From Candidatus Hecatella orcuttiae (GTDB taxonomy: Archaea > Thermoproteota > Bathyarchaeia > Hecatellales > Hecatellaceae): DNA of 64,000 bases. Below, piece after piece: positions 47,130-55,850 of the stretch. A program made the position numbers and the translations under genes. A model generated the notes under the pieces. That model had not been told where the DNA came from, made no database searches, and saw only the letters and a program-made list of their open reading frames with translations. The first letter of the stretch is position 1. Each line of letters starts with the position of its first letter. The stretch lies in the NCBI GenBank assembly GCA_002011035.2, contig MTLY02000003.1, forward strand, positions 64,001 to 128,000, given 5' to 3'.

Positions 47130-48455
47130 GTGGAAAAGGAGGAAATCTCAGGCTACAGGCATCAGGCCTTGGATGCCTTGAGGAAAGCCGGTGCGAGGGT
47201 GGGAGACAAGGTGAAGGTGGAAAGGGAAGGTGAAGCAGTGGAGGGAATCCTCATGCCCCGAACTCAGCTGGGCGACCCTAACTATTTGGTCTTGAAGCTG
47301 GCCAGCGGCTACAACATAGGCGTGAAAGTCAACGGGCGGGCGAAAGTGGAAGTAGTAGAGTCCAAGGCTAGGCCCCCGGGCGCTCCGCCCTTCGCGCCCC
47401 CGGAAGAGAAGCCGGACCTACCCTTGGTGGAGGTCATAGGCACAGGGGGAACCATCGTCAGCCGGGTGGAATACCGCACAGGAGCCGTCTACCCGGCTCT
47501 CTCCACCGAAGACCTCTACCGGGCGGTGCCGGAGATTTCCAGCATCGCCAGGGTGAGGGCCCGAGTGCTCTTCAGCCTCCTCAGTGAAAACGTCTACCCT
47601 CCCCACTGGGAGAAGATGGCGGAGGCTGTGGCTGAAGCCTTGGAGGAAGGCGCGGCCGGAGTGATAGTGGCCCACGGCACCGACACCATGGGCTACACGG
47701 CAGCCGCCCTCAGCTTCGCCCTCCAAGACCTACCCGCCCCCGTCATACTGGTAGGCTCCCAGCGGTCCTCCGACAGACCCAGCTCCGACGCCGCCTTGAA
47801 TCTTATGGCGGCCGTGAGGGCTGCGGCCTACGGTCCCTTCGCCGAAGTCGGCGTGGCCATGCATGAGTGGGTCTCCGACGAGGCGGTGGTCATCCACCGG
47901 GGAACCAAGGTGAGGAAATGCCACACCAGCCGCCGGGACGCCTTCAAGACGGTGAACGCTTCCCCCCTAGCCCGAGTGTCCGACGGAAAGCTGACCATGC
48001 TGGCGTCGGAGGGCTTCAGGCCTCGGAACCCTACGGGAAAGGTGAGGGTGAAGCCTCGCTTCGACCCTAAGGTGGCTTTGGTTAAGTTTCACCCCGGCTT
48101 CAACCCTGAAGTCATCGACTGGTATGTGGACCGGAAATATCGGGGAATAATCCTGGAAGGCACAGGCCTAGGCCATGTAGCCCGGCTTTGTTATTCCCAC
48201 CTCCGAAGGGCCTTGGATGAGGGTCTCTTCGTGGGTATGACCTCCCAATGTCTCTGGGGAGAGGTCCGCATGACGGTCTACGAGGTGGGCAGGGAGCTCT
48301 CAGCCTTGGGAGTGGTTCCCCTAGGGGATATGCTCCCTGAAACCGCCCTAGTTAAGGCCATGTGGGCCTTTGGGCAGGTTTCCGAAAAGGAGGAAGTGCA
48401 ACGATTGATGCTCACCAACTTGGCGGGAGAGCTTTCCTCCCGGATTCTCCTCTGA
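47130..48455 (+). CDS. gatD: Glu-tRNA(Gln) amidotransferase subunit D
   Basis: KLASGYNIG, TGGTI.SR, HGTDTM, SQRSSDRPSSD, HTSRRDAF. Confidence 0.96.
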   Translation: MEKEEISGYRHQALDALRKAGARVGDKVKVEREGEAVEGILMPRTQLGDPNYLVLKLASGYNIGVKVNGRAKVEVVESKARPPGAPPFAPPEEKPDLPLVEVIGTGGTIVSRVEYRTGAVYPALSTEDLYRAVPEISSIARVRARVLFSLLSENVYPPHWEKMAEAVAEALEEGAAGVIVAHGTDTMGYTAAALSFALQDLPAPVILVGSQRSSDRPSSDAALNLMAAVRAAAYGPFAEVGVAMHEWVSDEAVVIHRGTKVRKCHTSRRDAFKTVNASPLARVSDGKLTMLASEGFRPRNPTGKVRVKPRFDPKVALVKFHPGFNPEVIDWYVDRKYRGIILEGTGLGHVARLCYSHLRRALDEGLFVGMTSQCLWGEVRMTVYEVGRELSALGVVPLGDMLPETALVKAMWAFGQVSEKEEVQRLMLTNLAGELSSRILL

Positions 48456-48477
48456 CAAAGTGGGAAGGTGTAGGAGG

Positions 48478-50391
48478 TTGGATGTCGACTACAGGGAGCT
48501 GGGAACCAAGGTAGGGATAGAAATCCACAGGCAGCTGGACACCCAATATAAGCTGTTCTGCAACTGCCCCACCCACCTCACCCGGGAGGAGGCGGAGACC
48601 ATCTTCCTCCGCCGGCTGAGGCCCACGGCCAGTGAGCTCTGGGAAGTAGACACAGCGGCCCTCTTCGAGTTTCAGAAAGGCCTCACCATCCTCTACGAAG
48701 CCGACCCCAAAACCTGCTGCTTGGTGGAAATGGATGAGGAGCCCCCCCACGACCTAAACCCTGAGGCTGTGGACATCGCCCTCCAAGCAGCCTTTCTCCT
48801 GAAGGCTAAGCCTGTGGAGGAGATCCATGTCATGAGGAAGATCGTCATCGACGGCTCCAACACCTGCGGCTTCCAGAGAACCTGCGTTGTGGCCTTAGGC
48901 GGGGAGGTGGAAGTGGAGGGCCGGAGGATACCCCTCCAAGCCATCAGCCTCGAAGAGGACGCTGCCAGAAAGATGGAGGCCCGGGGGGACAGGGTTGTCT
49001 ACCGCCTGGACAGGTTGGGCATTCCCCTCATCGAGGTCGCTACCGCTCCGGCCATGACTACTCCCCGGGAGGCGGAAAGCGCAGCTTTAGCCATAGGAAG
49101 AGCCTTACGGGGCACGGGGAAGGTTAAGAGAGGCCTAGGCTCCATCCGGCAGGACCTCAACATTTCCATCCGCCGAGGCGCCCTCATAGAAGTAAAAGGG
49201 GTCCAGGAGCTGGGCCTCATCTCCAAGGTGGTGGAAAATGAAGTCCGCCGGCAGCTGGGCCTCCTCAAGATAAAGGAAGAGCTGGAAAGCCGAGGTCTGA
49301 AGGCGGAGGAGCTGGTCTTCGCTCCAGTGGACGTGACCTCCCTCTTTCAGGCTTCCAAGAGCACCGTCATCCGGAGGGCTTTGGCCTCAGGCGGTCGGGT
49401 TTTAGCCTTGGCTCTCCCTAAGTTGGCCGGCCTCTTAGGCTGGGAGCTGGGGCCCAACCTCAGGTTTGGAACGGAGCTGGCGGATAGGGCTAAGTTCTTC
49501 GGAGGCGTGGGGGGGCTTTTCCACACCGACGAGCTTCCCGGCTACGGCATCACCCCCCAAGAGGTGGAGGCGTTGAAGGCTCAGCTGGGCCTCAGCCCCC
49601 TGGACGCGGCTGTGCTGGTGGCTGACCGGGCGGAGAGGGCGGAAAAGGCCTTGGAGGCGGTGGTGGAACGGGTGAAAGAGGCCCTCCAAGGGGTTCCTGA
49701 GGAAACTAGGACAGCTCGCCCCGATGGCTCCACCCGCTACATGAGACCTCGGCCCGGCTCGGCTAGGCTTTACCCGGAAACAGACATACCTCCCATCCTC
49801 ATCACCCCGGAAAGGTTGGAGAGGCTGAAGGCGGTGCTTCCTCCTTCTCCAGAGCAGCTGGCAGCCCGGCTTATGGAGCGGTTTAGCATCAACAGGAAGC
49901 TGGCTGAACAGCTGGTGGACTCGGACTATCTCTCTCTCTTCGAAAAAGTGGCGGCAGAAGGCCGGATTTCTCCCTCCTTTGTGGCCACCGCTCTCACCGA
50001 GACCATGAAAAGCTTGGAAAGAAAGGCGGTGCCCGTGGACAGCCTAAGCGACGAGCAGCTCTATGGAGCCTTCACCCTCATCGGGGAGGGGAAAGCCGCC
50101 AAGGAAATCTTCCTCGAGCTGGTGGAGGAAATGGCCGCCGCTGGTGTCTCCCCCGAGCAGGCGTTGGAGCGGCTGGGCGTCCGAATGCTGAGCATGGAGG
50201 AGCTGGCGGCTGTGGTTGATAAACAGGTTAAAGAGCACCCTGAGCTGCTGGCGGAAAAGCCTGAAAAAGCTCTAGGCCGGCTGATGAAGATGGTCATGAG
50301 CCAAGTCCGCGGCAAAGCTGACCCCAAAACAGTGGCAGGCCTGCTGAGGGAGAAACTGGAAGACCGTCACTCCTCCAGCAGGAACACCTGA
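48478..50391 (+). CDS. gatE: Glu-tRNA(Gln) amidotransferase subunit E
   Basis: GIEIHRQL, DEEPPH, MRKIVIDGSN, LEEDAARK, RQDLNISI, RPRPG..RLYPETD. Confidence 0.96.
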   Translation: MDVDYRELGTKVGIEIHRQLDTQYKLFCNCPTHLTREEAETIFLRRLRPTASELWEVDTAALFEFQKGLTILYEADPKTCCLVEMDEEPPHDLNPEAVDIALQAAFLLKAKPVEEIHVMRKIVIDGSNTCGFQRTCVVALGGEVEVEGRRIPLQAISLEEDAARKMEARGDRVVYRLDRLGIPLIEVATAPAMTTPREAESAALAIGRALRGTGKVKRGLGSIRQDLNISIRRGALIEVKGVQELGLISKVVENEVRRQLGLLKIKEELESRGLKAEELVFAPVDVTSLFQASKSTVIRRALASGGRVLALALPKLAGLLGWELGPNLRFGTELADRAKFFGGVGGLFHTDELPGYGITPQEVEALKAQLGLSPLDAAVLVADRAERAEKALEAVVERVKEALQGVPEETRTARPDGSTRYMRPRPGSARLYPETDIPPILITPERLERLKAVLPPSPEQLAARLMERFSINRKLAEQLVDSDYLSLFEKVAAEGRISPSFVATALTETMKSLERKAVPVDSLSDEQLYGAFTLIGEGKAAKEIFLELVEEMAAAGVSPEQALERLGVRMLSMEELAAVVDKQVKEHPELLAEKPEKALGRLMKMVMSQVRGKADPKTVAGLLREKLEDRHSSSRNT

Positions 50392-50873
50392 ACCGTCAGC
50401 GGGCTGCCGTGGGTGAAGCGGCCGTTAACCCGGACGGCTCCCCGCCCCTCCCTCCCCTGGTAGGCTCCGAAAACTTGAGCCTCCCTAAGAAGGCGGCGGG
50501 GAGGGTGGGAAACCTTCTCCCCCGAACATTTAACCTCCACCAGAAACCTTCTGCCTCGGTAGACGATGAACATGTCCGGGGTTGTCCCGTTGACCGTGTC
50601 CGCCTTCCCAGCGTAGCCGTCGATGTCCACCCCCAGGCGAGCTGCCACATCTTCCAAGGCGTTGACGGTGAGCTCCACGGACTGCACCGCCATCCCCCGT
50701 CTGGCTTCCCCCCTTCCTCGGCCGGAGGACTTCGCCTCCAAGGCATAGCTTCGAAAACTCTCCAGAAGAGGGGTGGAGAAGTAGACTTCCCAGCGCTGCC
50801 GCTTCTTTTCCTTGAAAGGGATGTCTGCGAGGAGGGTGAGTTCGAGGAAGCCTGGTGTGAGACTTTGGTTCAT
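50367..50873 (-). CDS. Hypothetical protein with PD-(D/E)xK nuclease-like motif
   Basis: TPDMFIVYRGRRFLVEVK. Confidence 0.55.
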   Translation of the reverse strand: MNQSLTPGFLELTLLADIPFKEKKRQRWEVYFSTPLLESFRSYALEAKSSGRGRGEARRGMAVQSVELTVNALEDVAARLGVDIDGYAGKADTVNGTTPDMFIVYRGRRFLVEVKCSGEKVSHPPRRLLREAQVFGAYQGREGRGAVRVNGRFTHGSPLTVQVFLLEE

Positions 50874-50918
50874 GGGCCTTGGGTTTATTTAGGTGTTCGG
50901 GCTTTAAATATTTTACGT

Positions 50919-50934
50919 ATTTTTACGTAAAAAT
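50919..50934. promoter_or_regulatory. Perfect 16-bp palindrome in a divergent promoter
   Basis: ATTTTTACGTAAAAAT, preceded by a second TTTTACGTA copy at 50911. Confidence 0.55.
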
Positions 50935-50980
50935 CCGAAAAACTTATAAGAGCCACCCGCCATAAAAATATGCGAGAAAG

Positions 50981-51436
50981 TTGAAGGTTAAAATCTCCAT
51001 AAAAAGGTCCTACGGAGACATCGTCCTCGAAGGGGAAAGCTTCGACGACCTAGTTGAAAACCTCAAAGGGCTCCCTCAGTGGCTGGACATTGTCGACAGC
51101 CTAATCCTCCACACCGAAACCCCCTCCACCCGCAAAGAGCTGCTGAAAGGCCTGGTGGAATACACTCAAGAAGGCACCGTCATCTCCCTACCCCGGGAAC
51201 GGCTCAGCGACAAAGAAGCCATCTGTCTCCTCCTTTTCGCCAACGAACCCAACCCCCTCCAGCCCAAGGAAATCGCCCGGCTTCTAGCCAATTCCGGGAG
51301 GCTTTCCGCAGGCTTCGGAGCTAGGCTGAGTGAGCTCCGCTATGAGGGACTCATCCTCAAGGAAGCCGGCTCCTACAGGCTTACAGCCACCGGGAGAACC
51401 ATGGTGGAGGACATGGTTCAGAGGCTGCGGAGCTGA
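50981..51436 (+). CDS. Winged-helix hypothetical protein A
   Basis: KVKISIKRSYGDIVLEG; ARLSELRYEGLI...YRLTATG. Confidence 0.75.
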   Translation: MKVKISIKRSYGDIVLEGESFDDLVENLKGLPQWLDIVDSLILHTETPSTRKELLKGLVEYTQEGTVISLPRERLSDKEAICLLLFANEPNPLQPKEIARLLANSGRLSAGFGARLSELRYEGLILKEAGSYRLTATGRTMVEDMVQRLRS

Positions 51437-51441
51437 AGCCC

Positions 51442-51960
51442 ATGGCCGAGAAGCCAAGCCTCAAAGTCCATGTGGAGCTCGGTGAAGCCAAACTGGACTT
51501 GGAAGGCTCACCGGAGGAGGTGATCAAAGCTTTCCTGCAGCTGGTGGGCAGGGTTTACCCGGCTTACCGTCTGGTGGAGGGCTTGACGTTGACCGTGGAC
51601 TTGGAGGGGTTGATGAAAAACTTGGAGGGCATCCTAGCCTTCACAGCGGAAGGACCCGTGATCCTGATCCCAAAAGACCGGCTGGGAAGGTTGAGCATCC
51701 GAGAGCTCATCGCCCTCCATCTGACCAAAGCTTATGTGGGTAATCAGGTGGGCAGGTTGGAAAGGGTTTCCCTTTCCGTGGATGAGTTGCTCCAAGCCAT
51801 AGGGGGGAGGATAGGAGCCATGGCTGGAAGGCTGAGTGAAATGGTGGACGAAGGGCTGGTGGTGAGAATAGGGCGAGGCGAATATAAGATAACCACCTAT
51901 GGGCTCAAGCACTTCCAAGAAAACATTCTGCCCAAACTCAGACAGCTTAAAGAAGCCTAA
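51442..51960 (+). CDS. Winged-helix hypothetical protein B
   Basis: KVHVELGEAKLDLEG; GRLSEMVDEGLV...YKITTYG. Confidence 0.78.
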   Translation: MAEKPSLKVHVELGEAKLDLEGSPEEVIKAFLQLVGRVYPAYRLVEGLTLTVDLEGLMKNLEGILAFTAEGPVILIPKDRLGRLSIRELIALHLTKAYVGNQVGRLERVSLSVDELLQAIGGRIGAMAGRLSEMVDEGLVVRIGRGEYKITTYGLKHFQENILPKLRQLKEA

Positions 51961-51978
51961 AAAAGGCGGAGCGCAGGC

Positions 51979-53055
51979 TTGCTGCTGGAAAACACAGCTG
52001 AAGCAACGGTTCCAACCCGATGGGCGGAGGTGAGCCTCCGCTCCTTGAAGGATATGGAAGAAAACTCGGGGGAAAGCTTGGAGCTGACCGTTGCGGATAC
52101 AGGGGAGGAGGAGTCGTCTCTCCTCAAAAACTGGACGACATCCTTCCACCTGCACAGCCCTTGGAATGATTTTCAGAGCAGAATCGTGAAACTTCACCCC
52201 CGTCCCCCCCGGGTTAAAGTGGCGGCTGTGGACTGTTCCTCCAGAAAAATTGGGAGAACGAAGAAAGGCTTGGTCTGCGCCTTCCGAGGCACGGTTGTTT
52301 GGAGAGACGACTTCGCCTACCGGTACCTTCGCTATGGGCCCTTCCTTTTCCACATCACCGAGCGTTTTCCTGAAACCTTCAGAGACTTTGCCTTCAGCTC
52401 CACAGTGTCTGCAAGCGCCTTTTCCTTTCTCAACCCCTCCGGCTGGCTGAGCAGGATCAGATACCTCCTAGAGATAGAGCTGCAGAGGATGGTCTGCGAG
52501 TCTTCTAGGGACTCCATCATCCTGTGGGACGGCGTCATGCCGGCGGCCGGTTTAGACCTTGACCCCGTTTCCCCGTATCTTTCCCATATCCTCAGGCTGG
52601 CTAGGAGCGGCAACAACAAGGTTATGGCCCTTGCCAAGGAGACAAGGCTCTTCTCCGAAAACGGAGGCCCCCTCCCAGAAGCCACGGAGCTACCCTCCCC
52701 TTGCTTGGTGGACGTAGATAAGTGCGTCGGAGAGGTTTCCCCGTCCTCCCAGAGGCTGGGATACACTTTCATCGCCAAGTTCGCCCCTGACAGCCCGGGT
52801 TTCAGGTTGGATGTGGACCGCTGTCTGCCCAAGGGGGAGATGGTGGAGGCGGTGGAGCGGCTTCTAGCCAGCGACCTCACCTTCCAAGGCTATCCGGAAA
52901 CCCTGAGAGCCGCCCACATCCTCTCAGCGTTGACCCCGGTGGATGTTCTGGGTCTTCAAAGGTCCCTGGCGGGGAGATACGGGTTCAAAATTGTAAGGTC
53001 TCCTCCTGTGAGAAGGATGCTCTTCGGACCCTACGGCGGGTGGGATGACAGCTAA
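51979..53055 (+). CDS. nurA: NurA-family nuclease
   Basis: AAVDCSS, LWDG, ALAKET, FRLDV, GYPETLRAAH. Confidence 0.78.
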   Translation: MLLENTAEATVPTRWAEVSLRSLKDMEENSGESLELTVADTGEEESSLLKNWTTSFHLHSPWNDFQSRIVKLHPRPPRVKVAAVDCSSRKIGRTKKGLVCAFRGTVVWRDDFAYRYLRYGPFLFHITERFPETFRDFAFSSTVSASAFSFLNPSGWLSRIRYLLEIELQRMVCESSRDSIILWDGVMPAAGLDLDPVSPYLSHILRLARSGNNKVMALAKETRLFSENGGPLPEATELPSPCLVDVDKCVGEVSPSSQRLGYTFIAKFAPDSPGFRLDVDRCLPKGEMVEAVERLLASDLTFQGYPETLRAAHILSALTPVDVLGLQRSLAGRYGFKIVRSPPVRRMLFGPYGGWDDS

Positions 53056-54503
53056 TGCGCCTCTTCAAGAAGGAGCATGACACCGTTCAAGTTCTGTGCT
53101 TCCCAGAGGAGACGGTGGAGAAAGGCGACTACCTAGTGGTGGAGGACCTAAAAGCCAAACGCAGCCTCCTCGTCCAAGTGGTGGACATCCAGTTCGCCAA
53201 CCTCCCTGGGATGATGGAAGACCTCGTGAGGGAGGATGTGGGCGACGCCTATCTTTTCGGAGAAGACTACGACCCCCTCCAGCTGAACTCTCAGATCACC
53301 CTCCTCAGAGACATCCGAATTCTCCTAGGCAAAATCCGCTGCTCCATCCAAGGCGGCTCCATAGACATGAACGTTTCATGGCTGCCCTCCCGGGTTCACT
53401 CCCAGATCTACAGGTTGAAACCCCACCAGCTATTCGAGCTGCTGAAGCTGGGTTTCAGGCGGCCTATCAAGATAGGGGACGACGGGGACGGCTTTGAACT
53501 GCGGATCGACGCTGACGCTTTGGATGGGAAGCTGTCCATCATCACCGGGCGGAAGGGCTCTGGGAAATCCCATCTTTCCAAGCTGCTGGTCTTGGGGCTA
53601 GTGGACCACGGGGCTCCGGTGCTGGTCTTTGACGTCAACGGGGAATACGTCAACTTGGGGGTTAATCCCAACGGGGAGAAAAACCGCTACCACGACAGGA
53701 TCATGGTGTTGAACCCTGCGAAAAACTTCAAAGTCACCCTCAGCTACATGGGCCTAGCAACCGCCTCCAGCCTCCTAGCCCACGTCCTAAGTTTGCCGGA
53801 AACCTCACTGAGGGAGTTTTCAAGGATCTGGAAAAACCTAGAGCGCAGCGACTCCCTCAGCCTCAAGAGCCTGAAAAACACCCTCCGATGCTGCGACCTC
53901 AACGAGCATGTTCGAGAGGCTCTCCTCTCGAGGGTCTACACACTGGAGCGCTCAGGCTTCGTCGTCGAGGAAGGGGAAGAAACCGTGAGGCTGGAGGATT
54001 TCTTCGCAAAAACATCGGGGACGGGAGGCGCGGCGGTCATCAACCTCAGCCGGTCTTTCCCCTTGGAGAGGAAGCTCGTCGTGGAGTTCACGCTGAGTAA
54101 ACTGGTGGAGCTTTTGAGGGTGAGGAGGGTTAAGGCGTGTTTCCTCTTCGCGGAGGAGGCTCACCTCTACCTTAGGGAGACCTACTGGGAGGACGCTGTC
54201 ACCCGGATGAGGCATCTGGGCCTCTTCACCACTTTCATAACCAACCGGCCGGACTCCATAGGCGAGGACATCTACAGGCAGGCGGACTCGATTTTTCTCT
54301 TCAACTTCAAGAACGAACACGACCTCAACGCCATATCCAAGGCAGCCAGAATCGACGGGGAGACCATGAAGGCCATAGCCCAGTCCCTGAAACCCCACCA
54401 CTGCATGACCATCGGGCAGGTTACGGGGGAGATTCCCTTCGTCATCAGGGTGAAGCCGCTGGACGTGAAGACCATGGGAGAAACAAGAACGTTCTTCTCC
54501 TAG
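53055..54503 (+). CDS. herA: HerA/FtsK-family ATPase
   Basis: N-terminal HAS-barrel-like region, GRKGSGKS, FDVNGEY, FAEEAHLY, RMRHLG; stop/start overlap with nurA. Confidence 0.85.
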   Translation: MRLFKKEHDTVQVLCFPEETVEKGDYLVVEDLKAKRSLLVQVVDIQFANLPGMMEDLVREDVGDAYLFGEDYDPLQLNSQITLLRDIRILLGKIRCSIQGGSIDMNVSWLPSRVHSQIYRLKPHQLFELLKLGFRRPIKIGDDGDGFELRIDADALDGKLSIITGRKGSGKSHLSKLLVLGLVDHGAPVLVFDVNGEYVNLGVNPNGEKNRYHDRIMVLNPAKNFKVTLSYMGLATASSLLAHVLSLPETSLREFSRIWKNLERSDSLSLKSLKNTLRCCDLNEHVREALLSRVYTLERSGFVVEEGEETVRLEDFFAKTSGTGGAAVINLSRSFPLERKLVVEFTLSKLVELLRVRRVKACFLFAEEAHLYLRETYWEDAVTRMRHLGLFTTFITNRPDSIGEDIYRQADSIFLFNFKNEHDLNAISKAARIDGETMKAIAQSLKPHHCMTIGQVTGEIPFVIRVKPLDVKTMGETRTFFS

Positions 54504-54586
54504 TCCATCATTTAATCTATTCAATAGGGGAGAAAGCCAAAAAAAGAAAAGTGGAATTGATGTTTTATTGGAGTCTGAGATTGCCG

Positions 54587-54952
54587 TTAGAGTTGAGTTA
54601 GTGGCTTCTTAACTTGCTCCAACTCTTTGAATGTAACTATTTTCGGCATTACTCGAATTAGTGTAAGGGTTATGGTCCATGTGAGGACTATGACTACAGA
54701 CATGGTTGTGCCTATGGTAGCCATTTCATAGAGCATTACGGGTATGTTGATCGGGTTGGCCATAGCGGTTAGGAATGGAGGCCACGGAACCACTTCACCG
54801 TGCCAGACATGCTCAACCGCCAGCAGCATTACTCCGCCCCACAGCAGTGTATTCAGGAAAGTTAACTTCAACCTTGTAGCCAGTCTGCCAGATGCCTTCT
54901 GTATAATCGTTGTTATAATTGCTAGAACCATAGGGACTAGGAAGCATGCCAA
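54587..54952 (-). CDS. Small three-TM membrane protein (MAC N-terminus)
   Basis: GGAGG SD; LLWGGVMLLAVEHVWHGE.VPWPPFLTAM. Confidence 0.8.
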   Translation of the reverse strand: MACFLVPMVLAIITTIIQKASGRLATRLKLTFLNTLLWGGVMLLAVEHVWHGEVVPWPPFLTAMANPINIPVMLYEMATIGTTMSVVIVLTWTITLTLIRVMPKIVTFKELEQVKKPLTQL

Positions 54953-55029
54953 CGTCGATTCCTCCAGTATTACTAACGAAAAATATAATAATACTTTTTA
55001 GCCTTATAAGTTTATCGGAGGGTGAGGTT

Positions 55030-55356
55030 ATGTGGCTTGTAATTCTAGCGTTTGCGGCAACAATCGTCACAGCCTTATGGTATTCTAAGGCCGAAAACGA
55101 TGTATACATGCTTAAGTTCCTCAGTCTAATATTTTGGGGTACAACAATAATGGTCTTAGTCGACCACGTAGGGGGCTACCTCATGGAGGGGGGAGAGTTC
55201 CTTGAACTAACAACAGAAGCCACGGTTCTTGGCATAGTCCTAGTGATCACGGCTCTTATAGTATGGGAGGTGGCTCTAGTGCTCAAAGATCCAAAAGGTG
55301 TACTACATAAAAGAGAAGACGGCATAAAAACATTAAGCTCCCATTCTGACCGGTAA
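55030..55356 (+). CDS. Small three-TM membrane protein, paralog of 54587-54952
   Basis: GGAGGGTGAGG SD then ATG; LIFWGTTIMVLVDHV. Confidence 0.78.
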   Translation: MWLVILAFAATIVTALWYSKAENDVYMLKFLSLIFWGTTIMVLVDHVGGYLMEGGEFLELTTEATVLGIVLVITALIVWEVALVLKDPKGVLHKREDGIKTLSSHSDR

Positions 55357-55441
55357 GAGATAATCATTTTGATCAGGCAAACCGAGTCGAACATTACATC
55401 TAATAGGCATCAAAATCCAAATAAGAGCGAAAAAGTCTATC

Positions 55442-55516
55442 CTAACTATAAAATTTCCCGCGCTTACCAACTCTGAGCACAACCACTCCCTCAGCTTCGA
55501 AATTAACCTTAAACAT
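55442..55516 (-). pseudogene. Internally deleted RelE/ParE-type toxin remnant (MFKVNFEAEGVVVLRVGKRGKFYS)
   Basis: ATG overlaps the antitoxin 3' end; RelE-like N-terminus joined directly to RelE-like C-terminus. Confidence 0.6.
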
Positions 55517-55706
55517 TATCCAGCAACTCTCGGAGAGGTATGAATTTGCTCTTCCTTCCCTCTAAATACTCGTTCAGCCGTGTCCTCAGCTCGTCGAGCT
55601 CCTTCTTGGAGAGAATTTCGTTTTCCTCAAACAGAATTAAATAGAGAGCTCTTGAGAGAATGTCAACCTTTCTTTCTAGTTCTGAGACTTTAGCCTCAAC
55701 GGCCAT
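55509..55706 (-). CDS. Putative type II antitoxin (65 aa)
   Basis: EILSKKELDEL...EYLEG...FIPLREL pattern; overlaps the toxin remnant. Confidence 0.6.
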   Translation of the reverse strand: MAVEAKVSELERKVDILSRALYLILFEENEILSKKELDELRTRLNEYLEGRKSKFIPLRELLDNV

Positions 55707-55850
55707 TAAGCCCTTACGGGGGAAGGAATAAGCATATCCACTAAAAACTTTTTTTATTTCCTTTAAAATCAGTAAGCATATCCACAATAGAACCGGTCAT
55801 TAGAAAGCTCTAAAACTTTTGGCGGTAAACATTAAGAAGAGAGGGAAGAA

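Noticed and set aside
54504-55850. Islet as an IS or integrative element
   Set aside because: No transposase or integrase, and no terminal or direct repeats seen by eye
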